Position numbers and translations under genes: made by a program. The notes beneath the pieces are model-generated. The model saw nothing but the letters and a program-made list of their open reading frames with translations, made no database searches and was not told the origin of the DNA. Shown in pieces: positions 34,366-43,724 of a stretch of 64,000 nucleotides of DNA. The DNA lies in contig OZ025786.1 in assembly GCA_964019425.1 (NCBI GenBank), forward strand, positions 868,001 through 932,000, given 5' to 3'. Every line of letters begins with the position of its first letter. Position 1 is the first letter of the stretch. The DNA comes from Flectonema sp. DT1601 (lineage: Eukaryota).

Positions 34366-37300
34366 TTACACGATGTCTTCAGTACAGTCACTCTCACTTT
34401 CATCGATTTCATCTTTTAACAAGTGAAGCAACCTTCCGCTTGGCAGAGAATCTCTAAACCCACCTTCTGGTACCACCCAGGCTTCCATACCACTACGAAG
34501 GAGTAGGTCCCAGGTTCGTTTTTTGACTGCTGCAGAACAGCTTTGACAGGTTTTAATATGAGAGAATACAGCAACAGAAGAAACAGTTGTTGTGTTGTGA
34601 TGGTGAAGACTCAAAGCCAAGGGATAAAACGAGTCAGAAGGATGCAATGAAGACAATGCGTGAGACGAAACCAACAAACCAGCAGCAGAAATTAAATAAA
34701 AACAACATTCAGACCTCACAGTTCCACGAGAAACCCTCGCTGATACCAACGCTTTCAGACGAGTTTTAAATCTTTCTGCCGCAGTACTTACAGCAGCAAT
34801 ACTAGTTAAGGGTCGATAGATACCTTTTCCCATAAGGGCATAAAACGACATCCATCCAACTATGCAAGCGCATAAAAGTGTTTTTTTTCTTCTGATAATT
34901 CCATTTAGCCTCACGTCAAAATACCACTCTGATAAGTGACCTTTAACAAACGACAACGGGTATGTCGATAGTCGTGACATAATCGGTGCGATGCTTTCGG
35001 CTTGATGGACTTTACGCATTCGATGGTCTTCGACCGATGCCAGGAGGGTCTTCTCAGACACAAAACCACTTCTAACATCCGCTGCGATATCATCGTTAAG
35101 GCTATTCTTGTTTGAATATGATTGAAAAACTGAAACCCTTTTCCACATGGGTGCTTTGCAATATTTTTTTAACGATGGATACACTTCCAGTGAAGGCGAT
35201 ATACAACGTCCAGCAAAAGTGACAGTCGATCCTGATAAGGATGGTGTTGCCATCTCAGACTTTAAGAAATTAGGAATCACACCATGAAGCATATCAGGAC
35301 GTGACAACATTGCAGTGATTTGATTCAATGATTCCTGAAGGTTGTGGTTTTTTTTTTTTTTTTTTAAAATACTCAGTGTGGCCGAAATTCTATCTAAGAA
35401 AAGAAGAAAAAAAAAGAATTTACATACCAAACTAAAAGTTATGATTAAAATATCATCAGCCATATGAGCAATAAACGGTGGGTACTCATCTTTGGTGTAG
35501 AATGCAGCAGTTGGAGCAACACGATCGCGTTGAATTATGTTGCAGATATACTCAGCTAAAACCCAACCTTGAGGAATACCTGACTGTCTGCCTTCTGTTA
35601 TTGATAACAGTAAACGTAAATAATCTGATTTAGTGCTGGGTGTTGACAGTTCACTAACAGCATCGATACATGCATCGTGTGAGATTGCGTCGTATGCTTG
35701 TGAAGCATCAAGGTGTGCTAAATAAAATCCACTCGGAGCTATAACTTTTTGAGCTTTTTTCAACAATTGCAACGCAGCTAATATCGGTACATCATCTCTA
35801 ACAACTATCCCTGAATAACTTCGTAAAAGTAAATTTGTTATTTCGGTATTAGGAGAAGGACGTACTTCAAGAGTAGCTGTACCGCTTTCGAATTGTTTAT
35901 AACAAACAGTTTTTGATCTTCTCTGCGGTTTATCAAATCGATAACGGTCAATATGTCTAACAAGCCACGGTTTAAGTCGATGTAGAGAGTACTCAGGACC
36001 TTTACCAAGAGTTGTTCTTAAGACTACATGTTGATGTTTTAATTGTTGAACTTTGTGTTGCCATTTTAAGTTATCAGAATATCGTATTGAGTATGGTGAG
36101 ATTCCACATTTCCAGATTATTCTTGCCCATCTCGGTCCTCCAGATTTTTTAACTCTGAGTTGAAACGGCGCACTCTCATTTAATAATTTTTTTCCATATT
36201 TTTTTTTTTTTTTAATTTTCACATCCGACATAGCAATCTCAACAATATGACCTTCTTCAATGATGAAATTCCCAGCATATTCTTCAGAGCATTGTAAAAC
36301 GCCTCTTATGATGGATGTTATACCATAGTTATTCTCTAGAATCCCACGAACACCGTACAATGATAACTTTTCTATGATTGCCTTAATCATCGATTGTAAG
36401 TAACCATCAAGAGAACCATCATTTAGAATTCGTTGCAATGATGAAAACATTTTTTTTATTTTAATATTCGGATTGATACCTTGTTTTTGAATTTCTTCAC
36501 AGCACTCAATCTCACTCGTAAAGTCTTTTATTGATACCTGTAACGGGACAGGAACAGCTGTATAACCAGGAGTCGTGCTCAGTAGTAGCTTCCAAAGCTT
36601 CCTATACAAGAAAATATGATAGTGTAGAATGCTATGTCCATCTTCTCTTTGAGCAGGAAAATACTCTCTGATAACTGGTACCAATACATGTGCTATAGTA
36701 AAATGAAAAAACCTACCGATTAGTCTATTTCGTACGGCTTGATTTTGTGATTCGTTTTCAGAATGAAAATTTTCTTTTTGAATCCAAGATAGTTTTGATG
36801 TGTGGAGTTGACTAATAAAAACTGATGTTGGTATAAGATCTGTACTACCTCCATGTAGTAACGCATCGACAGCCTTCATGATAATTGATATGTTGTGTTG
36901 AGTTTGCTTGTGAGAACCAAACCAATGAGAAAATAATTTCTTCGCAACACTCTCAACAAACGATCTCACATACACCGCAGGCGTATACCTGGATGATAAC
37001 CCAAATCGGGAATCAAGACCCTCCGTTGATTGGTATCTAAAAGGAATGCTTTTTCGAGACATTTCCAACAAATCGATCTCTCTCCATAAACAAATCGTAA
37101 TTTCTAAATTCAACATTGCCTCATACTCCCATCCCTTCTTAACACGATGCTCTGACAGCAATCTTTTAGCTGCTGGATTCTGCTTGCAATAAATGATCGA
37201 ATTTGGTGTTATGTCGTTGTTAAGAAAGATCCACGAGAAGAGAATCGCTGATTCAGTTGATGGAGTTGGTGACCAAGATCCTGATGAAGAAGATGTAACC

Positions 37301-37896
37301 GACAGAAACGATGAATGCTCTGTGATTGGATTAGTGTATCGAATATGTTTTGAAACAGGTGTTGTACTACTATTCATTATCGTTAAACCATTTTCTTGAT
37401 CTCCCGTACGAAGTTTCAACGCCTCTTCACTAAGTTGGATACCACTTGCTGCAATGTCTATTGGTGATATAGTGGACCAGGAATTCAAATCCATTGCGTA
37501 GTTTAAAGTGACAACTGGTTTTTTAATTCCACTCTCAACAACTAAACTAGTAGCTGGTACAGAATATCTATGTCGTGGTAATGTTTCGATTTCTCCTTTG
37601 GAAACACTAAATTCGGTTTTTTTAAATTTTTTCTTTTTTCTTTTTCGAATCCTCATCTTCTTCTCGCAGTGAAGCCGATGTTCAAATAAACAAATAGGTT
37701 TTGTACATTCGTTGTTTAACCAATTTAGGCAAACCCGATTGCGATAGCTTTTCCATTTACAACCAACTCCAGGTATAAATTCAACACAAACCCATCCAGC
37801 TTGACAGAGACAAGGATGTTTACCTCTTTCATCATTCTCTCTTACTTTTGAAATTAGGTACCGTTTTCGAGACCATTTTTGCTGCGATTTTCCCAT
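34366..37896 (-). CDS. TERT: Telomerase reverse transcriptase, divergent; 93-nt in-frame intron 35335-35427
   Basis: QFP-like (YTPAVYVRSFVESVAKKLFSHWFGS..HN) and T-motif-like (RFFHFTIAHVLVPVIREYF...FLYRKLW) segments; RT motifs A (HLDASQAYDAI), B' (GIPQG), C (MADDILII), D (NFLKS), E (FAG); GTATGT..CAG intron. Confidence 0.82.
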   Translation of the reverse strand: MGKSQQKWSRKRYLISKVRENDERGKHPCLCQAGWVCVEFIPGVGCKWKSYRNRVCLNWLNNECTKPICLFEHRLHCEKKMRIRKRKKKKFKKTEFSVSKGEIETLPRHRYSVPATSLVVESGIKKPVVTLNYAMDLNSWSTISPIDIAASGIQLSEEALKLRTGDQENGLTIMNSSTTPVSKHIRYTNPITEHSSFLSVTSSSSGSWSPTPSTESAILFSWIFLNNDITPNSIIYCKQNPAAKRLLSEHRVKKGWEYEAMLNLEITICLWREIDLLEMSRKSIPFRYQSTEGLDSRFGLSSRYTPAVYVRSFVESVAKKLFSHWFGSHKQTQHNISIIMKAVDALLHGGSTDLIPTSVFISQLHTSKLSWIQKENFHSENESQNQAVRNRLIGRFFHFTIAHVLVPVIREYFPAQREDGHSILHYHIFLYRKLWKLLLSTTPGYTAVPVPLQVSIKDFTSEIECCEEIQKQGINPNIKIKKMFSSLQRILNDGSLDGYLQSMIKAIIEKLSLYGVRGILENNYGITSIIRGVLQCSEEYAGNFIIEEGHIVEIAMSDVKIKKKKKYGKKLLNESAPFQLRVKKSGGPRWARIIWKCGISPYSIRYSDNLKWQHKVQQLKHQHVVLRTTLGKGPEYSLHRLKPWLVRHIDRYRFDKPQRRSKTVCYKQFESGTATLEVRPSPNTEITNLLLRSYSGIVVRDDVPILAALQLLKKAQKVIAPSGFYLAHLDASQAYDAISHDACIDAVSELSTPSTKSDYLRLLLSITEGRQSGIPQGWVLAEYICNIIQRDRVAPTAAFYTKDEYPPFIAHMADDILIITFSLVCKFFFFLLFLDRISATLSILKKKKKNHNLQESLNQITAMLSRPDMLHGVIPNFLKSEMATPSLSGSTVTFAGRCISPSLEVYPSLKKYCKAPMWKRVSVFQSYSNKNSLNDDIAADVRSGFVSEKTLLASVEDHRMRKVHQAESIAPIMSRLSTYPLSFVKGHLSEWYFDVRLNGIIRRKKTLLCACIVGWMSFYALMGKGIYRPLTSIAAVSTAAERFKTRLKALVSARVSRGTVRSECCFYLISAAGLLVSSHALSSLHPSDSFYPLALSLHHHNTTTVSSVAVFSHIKTCQSCSAAVKKRTWDLLLRSGMEAWVVPEGGFRDSLPSGRLLHLLKDEIDESESDCTEDIV

Positions 37897-37969
37897 CTGA
37901 AATAAACTATTAGTTGTTAAACAAGAAATATTTCTGTTGTTGAAAAAAAGGCTTCAGCATCTAAAGAAA

Positions 37970-38092
37970 AATCGTGGGACCTGTAAAACCAGCTTAAGAC
38001 TGTGTTGATGTGGTTTATGTTTCTGGCATTCTGACATCATAAGGATCGCTGGTTGTTCTCCCACTTATCTGCCTCTCAATCCCTCAAAAAAA
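37970..38092 (+). mobile_element. Short A-tailed retro-tail B copy, inverted relative to the 39057 and 39432 copies
   Basis: Reverse complement of 39057-39184; ends ccctcAAAAAAA. Confidence 0.85.
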
Positions 38093-38249
38093 CCTCGTTG
38101 AAGGTAGATTTTAGACCCAGATAGATACGTTGTTGGTGGTCCTGTTGTCATAGAAAAATTATCTATATCCTCTATGGTTTAGAAAGCTTTGGTCCCTTCC
38201 TAACTGATGAACAGCTTGGTCCATTGATATGAGCATCAGGAAGGTTGCA

Positions 38250-38636
38250 AGGAGGATAACTGGATGTACGTTCCCTCCCACATATGTGGGAGGCGAAAAT
38301 GATTCCGATGCGCCTGCTGATTGAAAAACAAGCAAGGACTGCCTTTCCTTATAAGTTGCCACAGGGACCAGTGTATTTCACTTCAAGACATAGCTGATGT
38401 TCCAAACCTCTTGATTTCAAATGGGTATGGACCTACCAAAACCACGGATGTAGAAGCTGAATTGTAAGTTTAAACTCTACGATTTATGTTGATGGCTCTC
38501 ACGACCCCAAGAACTTGGTGCGGCTGTTCAGGTCTCTCCGTAGAAAGCACCGGGGCGTCCAGACTGTGGATACCGAAAGTAGCTATAAGTCCAGCAGGTG
38601 ACCCTGGTCTGTGGCAACCAATCCAAAGACTCCTAA
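38250..38636 (+). pseudogene. Degenerate LINE RNase H remnant
   Basis: TIYVDGSHD / ELGAAVQV / SSYK fragments in shifting frames, matching the retroelement RNase H pattern (YTDGS, GA, SSY). Confidence 0.5.
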
Positions 38637-39007
38637 TGGGGGTTAACTGCTCGAGTTTGTATCATAAACAACATAACGATAATTTAACATTAGTTTCCAA
38701 GATACGGTGACCCAAGGTAATGTTAGTGTAGGCATATGACGTAAATACTTTGCAATAAATGCTTCTAACTTAGCTGCATACACTTCTCTTTTCCATGGTG
38801 TCATTAAGTGCAGTACGGAATCGAGTTAATGGGTTGAATGTTTAAATTTGTAAAATACAACTGTTTTGTTTTGTAAAATACAACTGTTTTGTTTCGCGTT
38901 AACATAGCGTGGTTTAACATCTGTTAAGGATACAGTGATTATGGTGATGCTTAACTTAGCCTTTTAAAGAGTAATCCATATACCTTACCTCTATGGTGTA
39001 GAAGTAA
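38637..39007. repeat. Dispersed repeat family X
   Basis: Extended similarity to 55087-55537 (aaggtaatgttagtgta, ttctaacttagctgcatacac, agtgcagtacggaatcgagtta, gcttaacttagccttttaa). Confidence 0.85.
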
Positions 39008-39018
39008 AATTGCTAAAA

Positions 39019-39022
<4 letters not shown>

Positions 39023-39061
<39 letters not shown>

Positions 39062-39258
39062 ATAGAGAGGCAGGTAAGTGGGAGAGCAAACCCTCGGAAC
39101 CAGCGATCCTTATGATGTATGAATGCGTGCTAAAAATATAAACCACATCAACAGTCTTAAGCTGGTTTTACAGGTCCCACGATTACCCGTCGCCATGGCG
39201 AAGAAAAGATAAGTAAATTATAACTCATGATGGCTCACAAGGTCACGTTTTGTTTTGC
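39023..39258 (-). mobile_element. Poly(A)-tailed retro-tail B unit
   Basis: T34 at 39023-39056; body shares gagagcaaaccctcggaaccagcgatccttatg with 39432-39590. Confidence 0.8.
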
Positions 39259-39387
39259 TTTTTTTTTTTTTTTCTTTTTCTTTTTTTTTTTTTTTTTTTC
39301 CTCCCCATTTCTTTTTAACCCCTGAGTAGTATAGTATGCTCGTTCGCAGTGTTCCCTGGGCACGCATTGGTTCTTTTCTTTTGCTCA

Positions 39388-39390
<3 letters not shown>
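39259..39390 (-). mobile_element. Possible short poly(A)-tailed truncated unit
   Basis: About 90 bp of unique sequence between two long T runs inside the stack. Confidence 0.4.
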
Positions 39391-39436
<46 letters not shown>

Positions 39437-42400
39437 AGGTGAGAGGCAAGTATGGCAGGAGAGCAAACCCTCGGAACCAGCGATCCTTATGTTACATGAG
39501 TGTGCGCTAAAAAGATAAACTGCAACACAAGTTTTGGGCCGGTTTTCTAGGTCCTACCATATCTGTCGCCGAAGCGAAGAAAAGAAAAAGGAAAAAAAAA
39601 CAATATTTGTGGTTGTGTTTGCGCTGATGGTTGCACTCCCCCTTCCAGCGTGTTTTTTCTTTCTTCTTACATTTACATACAGTTTACATACAACTCTGTC
39701 TTCCTTTTCACTCTTCTTTTTTTTTTTTTTTTTCATTTTTCTTTTAACATGTTTGCTTCTTTACATTTTTTACAAGTTCACTTCTTTACATTTAATTTTT
39801 TCCGTTCATTCACTTTCCGTTTCATGCTTCTCACATGGCATCGTTTTTCGATCGCGATCCCCGTGATTTCCTTTTCCTCTTCTCTTTCCCACGCCGCGAT
39901 CTCTCCAACAATCCGCAGCATTCAGCGTAGTCACACTTCACGCACATGACTACCCGCGTTCCCTTCGCGATCCGCTCTCCACACCTATCACACCATCCCT
40001 TCGTCGGGTGTTTCACCGGATTCTTGATCGCTGCTTGCGGTATCTCCTTTCCGCACCCACACATCCCTACTGGGGGGCGGTCTTCTTGTGTCGGTGGGGA
40101 GCAGATCGAGCTCGAGTCTGACGTCATCTTGTCTGAGTCATGGTCCATGGTAGGCTCCGTGGTGGTTTCAGGCACAATATTTTTCTCGTGTGTGCTTGTT
40201 ACCGCCTGTGAGACTTCCTTACCGTTCTCCTCCTTCCACTTTAACAATCTCCTCCCGACTTTTTCCTCACCTCTCACCCATCGGTAGGCCTCTTCGCTGG
40301 CTTCGGGGGGCAGGCGCTCCAGCCTCAGCGTTGATCCAAGTCGATGCGCCATTCTCTGCGAGACCTCGATGTATCGTCGGTGTGACTCTACTGAGTGCTC
40401 GAGTGAGCCGTACGCCACTATTTCCTTCACTGCGTCTCCGTAACTTAGCAGCTGCGCCATCCCGATCCCTAACGCCTTACCCTCGCGGTTCGGCGAGCAT
40501 TCCTTGAGGGGGAATCTCCACATGTGGATCACTTCACCGCCACTTACAACACACGTTCTCGTCTCCCTCTGTGTTGCTGCGTAGAACAGCTCATAGATGG
40601 GCTTTTCAGAGTGCCATTCTATTAGCTCGATCTTCGCCCTCTTCTTCGAATCTCTAAAAGCCGCTTCCGGTTCCGACTGTCCTCGCACTCCCTCCTCAGG
40701 CTCATGGATCGCACTTGGGCGCCATCCTATTCGGGGCTCACGTCCATGGTGGGGATCTGCCGATCCTTCCTTCGGCTCCTCGACTGGTTCCGCTGGCTTC
40801 GGTTTCTGTTCTACCTCTGTTTCGCCTGTCATCACTTGGCACACCCACTGGTAAGCTGTGTGCTTTACTTCGACAGGTAGGTCCGCCAGCCTCAACACTA
40901 GTCCTCGTGCCCTTACCACGCTACTTATCGCCCCGAATTTCTCCCACCGTTCTCTCGTCCACTGTTCCAAGGGTGCGTACGCTTGCACTTCCACGGGTCC
41001 CTCCAGGAGGCCCTTCCCTGTGACCCATTCCAGTGCCAATTCTAGTGCGGCCAGCATGGGGTCTTTTTCCTCTCCTGTGGTCTCATGCCACTTCTTCATC
41101 ACTGGTCCTCCGCCACTCCGCACCAGGCACGCCCTTCCGGTTTTGCCTAAGAAAAGGTACACAGCTGGATGTGGTGGTGTTGGCTGCGTTAACCCTTTCG
41201 TGGCTCTGTGCTCTTCGACGTACTCCCGTGCTCTCCTGTCCGTGCAAAGCTTCTTCACCTTCCCACCTGGACAGCGTAGCACTTGCAGTGAGGCTTCACT
41301 CCATGTGCTGTACGTTCCTGGACGCCGTCCACACGGGACCGCGTACCGCCGATTTCTGCGTGGGCCTTTTACTGGCTTGTCTGCTGTCTTATACTCTGGG
41401 TCAGTGCTTCTCAGGAAAGCCTCCGCCTCCTCTCCATTATTGAAGCCCTGATAAACAGCGCAAGAGAGTCCCTTCGTCTGTTTCTCGGCCTCTGCCCAGC
41501 TATTCACGATGGTAGTGCGTCCCCTTCCCTTCGAGATAGCATAGAGCTTGAACTTGCTCTCCATTCGCGTCGCCGGTTGACTCCTCTGGCCTTTCGTTGT
41601 GTGTGCTCGTATTGTGACACGCGTGGCGTTCTTCTTCTCGCACCGACCTAGTGTCTTCACCGTCCTTAGCAGGTTCGGTGGGTTTTGGGTCCGTGTTGAT
41701 TGTGGTACTTCACACTGTGTCCGTGACTTTTGCGTTCCAGGCCGTATGAGCATTTCACTGTTCACTTGCCTATAATCCCTTCCTTCCATTCCGTGCTGCT
41801 CTGGGGGCGTTACCCTGACCACCTGTGGAGCTAGTCGTGGCATCATCGGAACTTCATTTGCGCAGAACATCTCCTTTGTAGCTTGTCTTCGCAGGAAAAG
41901 CACGTAAGGGACAGACGACAGCACCTCTCGCCAGCTTGTTGCTCGCTCCACCTCATCGTCCTGGTACCTCCAGCCGCCCGGTGATAGGGTGAAAGACGTG
42001 TAGTGACCCGATCCCAGACACCCCTGATGGACCACCACAGCGGACACCCTATAGTCGGCCTGTATCTTGCTGTTCCGCATCGACACTTGTTCTCCCAGCG
42101 CCATTTTCGTGGCATTCTCGTTCACAATGCATACGATCATCGTTTCCGGCGCCTCCATCAAGATCCTGCGCTCCTGCAAAGACCCCGTACCGCACAGTCC
42201 GCACACGTAGTCCTGTGGTATCGTCGTCGACTCCAGTGCCGACTGTAGGTCCCATCCCCGCAGTATCAGGCCGCAGTCCAGCTCGATTGATTGGCTCCCT
42301 CCGCCACAGCATATGCACGTGCGTTCTACTGCCACCATGCATGTGAAAGCGTTTGCTAAGAGGTCGCCTGGTCTTGCTCTTTCCTGCAGGTCCGACACTA

Positions 42401-42910
42401 TGTGTAGTAGGGCTCCGTGGGCGTCCTGTTGTCCTCTTCCCATCCATTCTCTTGTGATCCTCGTTATCTCTCCTTGCGACCCACCTCCCTGCACCAGTGC
42501 TAGTGCGCACACTGTGCACCTCGTCCCGCATACGTGAGGGGTGTTCCGTGCCCGCTGGAAATCCACATGCGACCCCTTCAGTAGTGCCTGCAAGGTGGCG
42601 TTCAGGTAACACGAGTCTCCGAGGTTCGTCAGGCCCTCCATCCAGGTGGTCCGCGTCTGGATATTCGTCCCACCCCCTTGGCTCTGCGGTTCGGTGACGT
42701 CCGGGCCTCTGCTACCAAGACACGGGGCCGCTGGCGCTACCCGCGTGCAGAAAAGGTTTGATTCCGGTTCACAGTCCTCCATGAGTATATCACCCCCTTC
42801 ATCCATTCCATACGCTAGCGGTTTTTTTCCCTTTCACTTTTTTTCACATGTTCCTTCTTCCTAGTCGTCGTCTTCTTCGTTACCTGAGCATGACCGTGTT
42901 AGGCTCCCTG
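39391..42910 (-). mobile_element. Poly(A)-tailed ~3.5-kb unit carrying the USP ORF and ending in tail B
   Basis: Starts right after the A8 tail of the preceding unit (42911-42918); ends in tail B plus T41 (39391-39431); visibly more GC-rich than host genes. Confidence 0.65.
39831..42806 (-). CDS. USP (peptidase C19) deubiquitinase + 2x RNase H1 N-terminal (viroplasmin/hybrid-binding) domains + 2x degenerate RNase H-like repeats + C-terminal Cys-rich Zn finger
   Basis: GLTNLGDSCYLNATLQAL, QQDAH, VVVHQGCLGSGHYTSF, WRYQDD; LYAISKGR..IVNSWAEAEKQTKG..YQGFNNGEEAEAFL; YAVPCGRRPGTYSTWSEA; WCDRCG..CVKCDYAEC. Confidence 0.88.
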   Translation of the reverse strand: MDEGGDILMEDCEPESNLFCTRVAPAAPCLGSRGPDVTEPQSQGGGTNIQTRTTWMEGLTNLGDSCYLNATLQALLKGSHVDFQRARNTPHVCGTRCTVCALALVQGGGSQGEITRITREWMGRGQQDAHGALLHIVSDLQERARPGDLLANAFTCMVAVERTCICCGGGSQSIELDCGLILRGWDLQSALESTTIPQDYVCGLCGTGSLQERRILMEAPETMIVCIVNENATKMALGEQVSMRNSKIQADYRVSAVVVHQGCLGSGHYTSFTLSPGGWRYQDDEVERATSWREVLSSVPYVLFLRRQATKEMFCANEVPMMPRLAPQVVRVTPPEQHGMEGRDYRQVNSEMLIRPGTQKSRTQCEVPQSTRTQNPPNLLRTVKTLGRCEKKNATRVTIRAHTTKGQRSQPATRMESKFKLYAISKGRGRTTIVNSWAEAEKQTKGLSCAVYQGFNNGEEAEAFLRSTDPEYKTADKPVKGPRRNRRYAVPCGRRPGTYSTWSEASLQVLRCPGGKVKKLCTDRRAREYVEEHRATKGLTQPTPPHPAVYLFLGKTGRACLVRSGGGPVMKKWHETTGEEKDPMLAALELALEWVTGKGLLEGPVEVQAYAPLEQWTRERWEKFGAISSVVRARGLVLRLADLPVEVKHTAYQWVCQVMTGETEVEQKPKPAEPVEEPKEGSADPHHGREPRIGWRPSAIHEPEEGVRGQSEPEAAFRDSKKRAKIELIEWHSEKPIYELFYAATQRETRTCVVSGGEVIHMWRFPLKECSPNREGKALGIGMAQLLSYGDAVKEIVAYGSLEHSVESHRRYIEVSQRMAHRLGSTLRLERLPPEASEEAYRWVRGEEKVGRRLLKWKEENGKEVSQAVTSTHEKNIVPETTTEPTMDHDSDKMTSDSSSICSPPTQEDRPPVGMCGCGKEIPQAAIKNPVKHPTKGWCDRCGERIAKGTRVVMCVKCDYAECCGLLERSRRGKEKRKRKSRGSRSKNDAM

Positions 42911-43497
42911 TTTTTTTTGTGTGCACCACGACCCGTGAGTCTGTGATGCTGATTGCGCTGTTAGGCGCGGTTGTTCTTTTTCTTTCTTTCTTTCTTACTT
43001 TCTTTGTTTTGGGGGTTGGGGGTGGGGATCCCGTAGGCTTCGTATCTCCTTTCTTTGTTTTGATAACTTAAAACTAATACTACAGAATAAATTGTCCACT
43101 TGGACGACTTCAGATGTGTTGCAATGATGCCTTCAATGTTGATATTCGAAATGTCGATGTTTTAATAATACTACCGTCCTAATAGTTGTGCCAGTCTGTC
43201 TAAGGTTGTGACAAAACCAGTCATCTGCTGTTGATTCGCAGGTAAGTAGCAGTCCTCCAGTTGGCATGCTTCCTCTCCCTTGTCGTTCATCATGTGACTG
43301 ATGTATTTTTCCCTCAAGGTTTCTATACACCAATGTTCGCATATAAATAATACATGATGTGCTGTCGCCTTTCCAAGTTTACAGAAAAAGCACAGCTCGT
43401 TCAGTCCTTTGATTATCAGAGATCTGCAATGTCCCACTCTAAAGCGTGACATCAGTACTTCCTCTGGTCGTGTTAGAGCTTCGATGTACGGAGGGTG
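42911..43497 (-). mobile_element. 5'-truncated sister LINE copy (ORF2 C terminus, 3' UTR, A8 tail)
   Basis: HPPYIEALTRPEEVLMSRFRVGHCRSL... parallels ORF2 HPPFVEELTRPQEVLMSRFRVGHCRSL; 3' UTR motifs are shared with 43498-43650. Confidence 0.9.
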
Positions 43498-43724
43498 TTT
43501 TTTTTTTTTTTTTTGTGTGCACTGCAGGTTCCTTCGACCTGCTTTGCTGTTTGCGCTGTTAGGCGCGGTTGTTCTTTCTTTCTTCTGTAAACTTTCTTTT
43601 TGTGGGGATTGGGGATGGGATGGGGGGTTCCCGTAGGCTTCGTATCTTCTTTGTTTTCTTTGTTTATCAATTACTAAAGAGTTCAGTTTACTTCCTCATT
43701 TGGTCTAAGAACCGCATCTTTAAA

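Noticed and set aside
37970..39600. Tail B as telomerase RNA, SL RNA or a ribozyme
   Set aside because: No CCCTAA template, spliced-leader sequence or hammerhead/HDV core recognised; the poly(A) tails favour a retro origin
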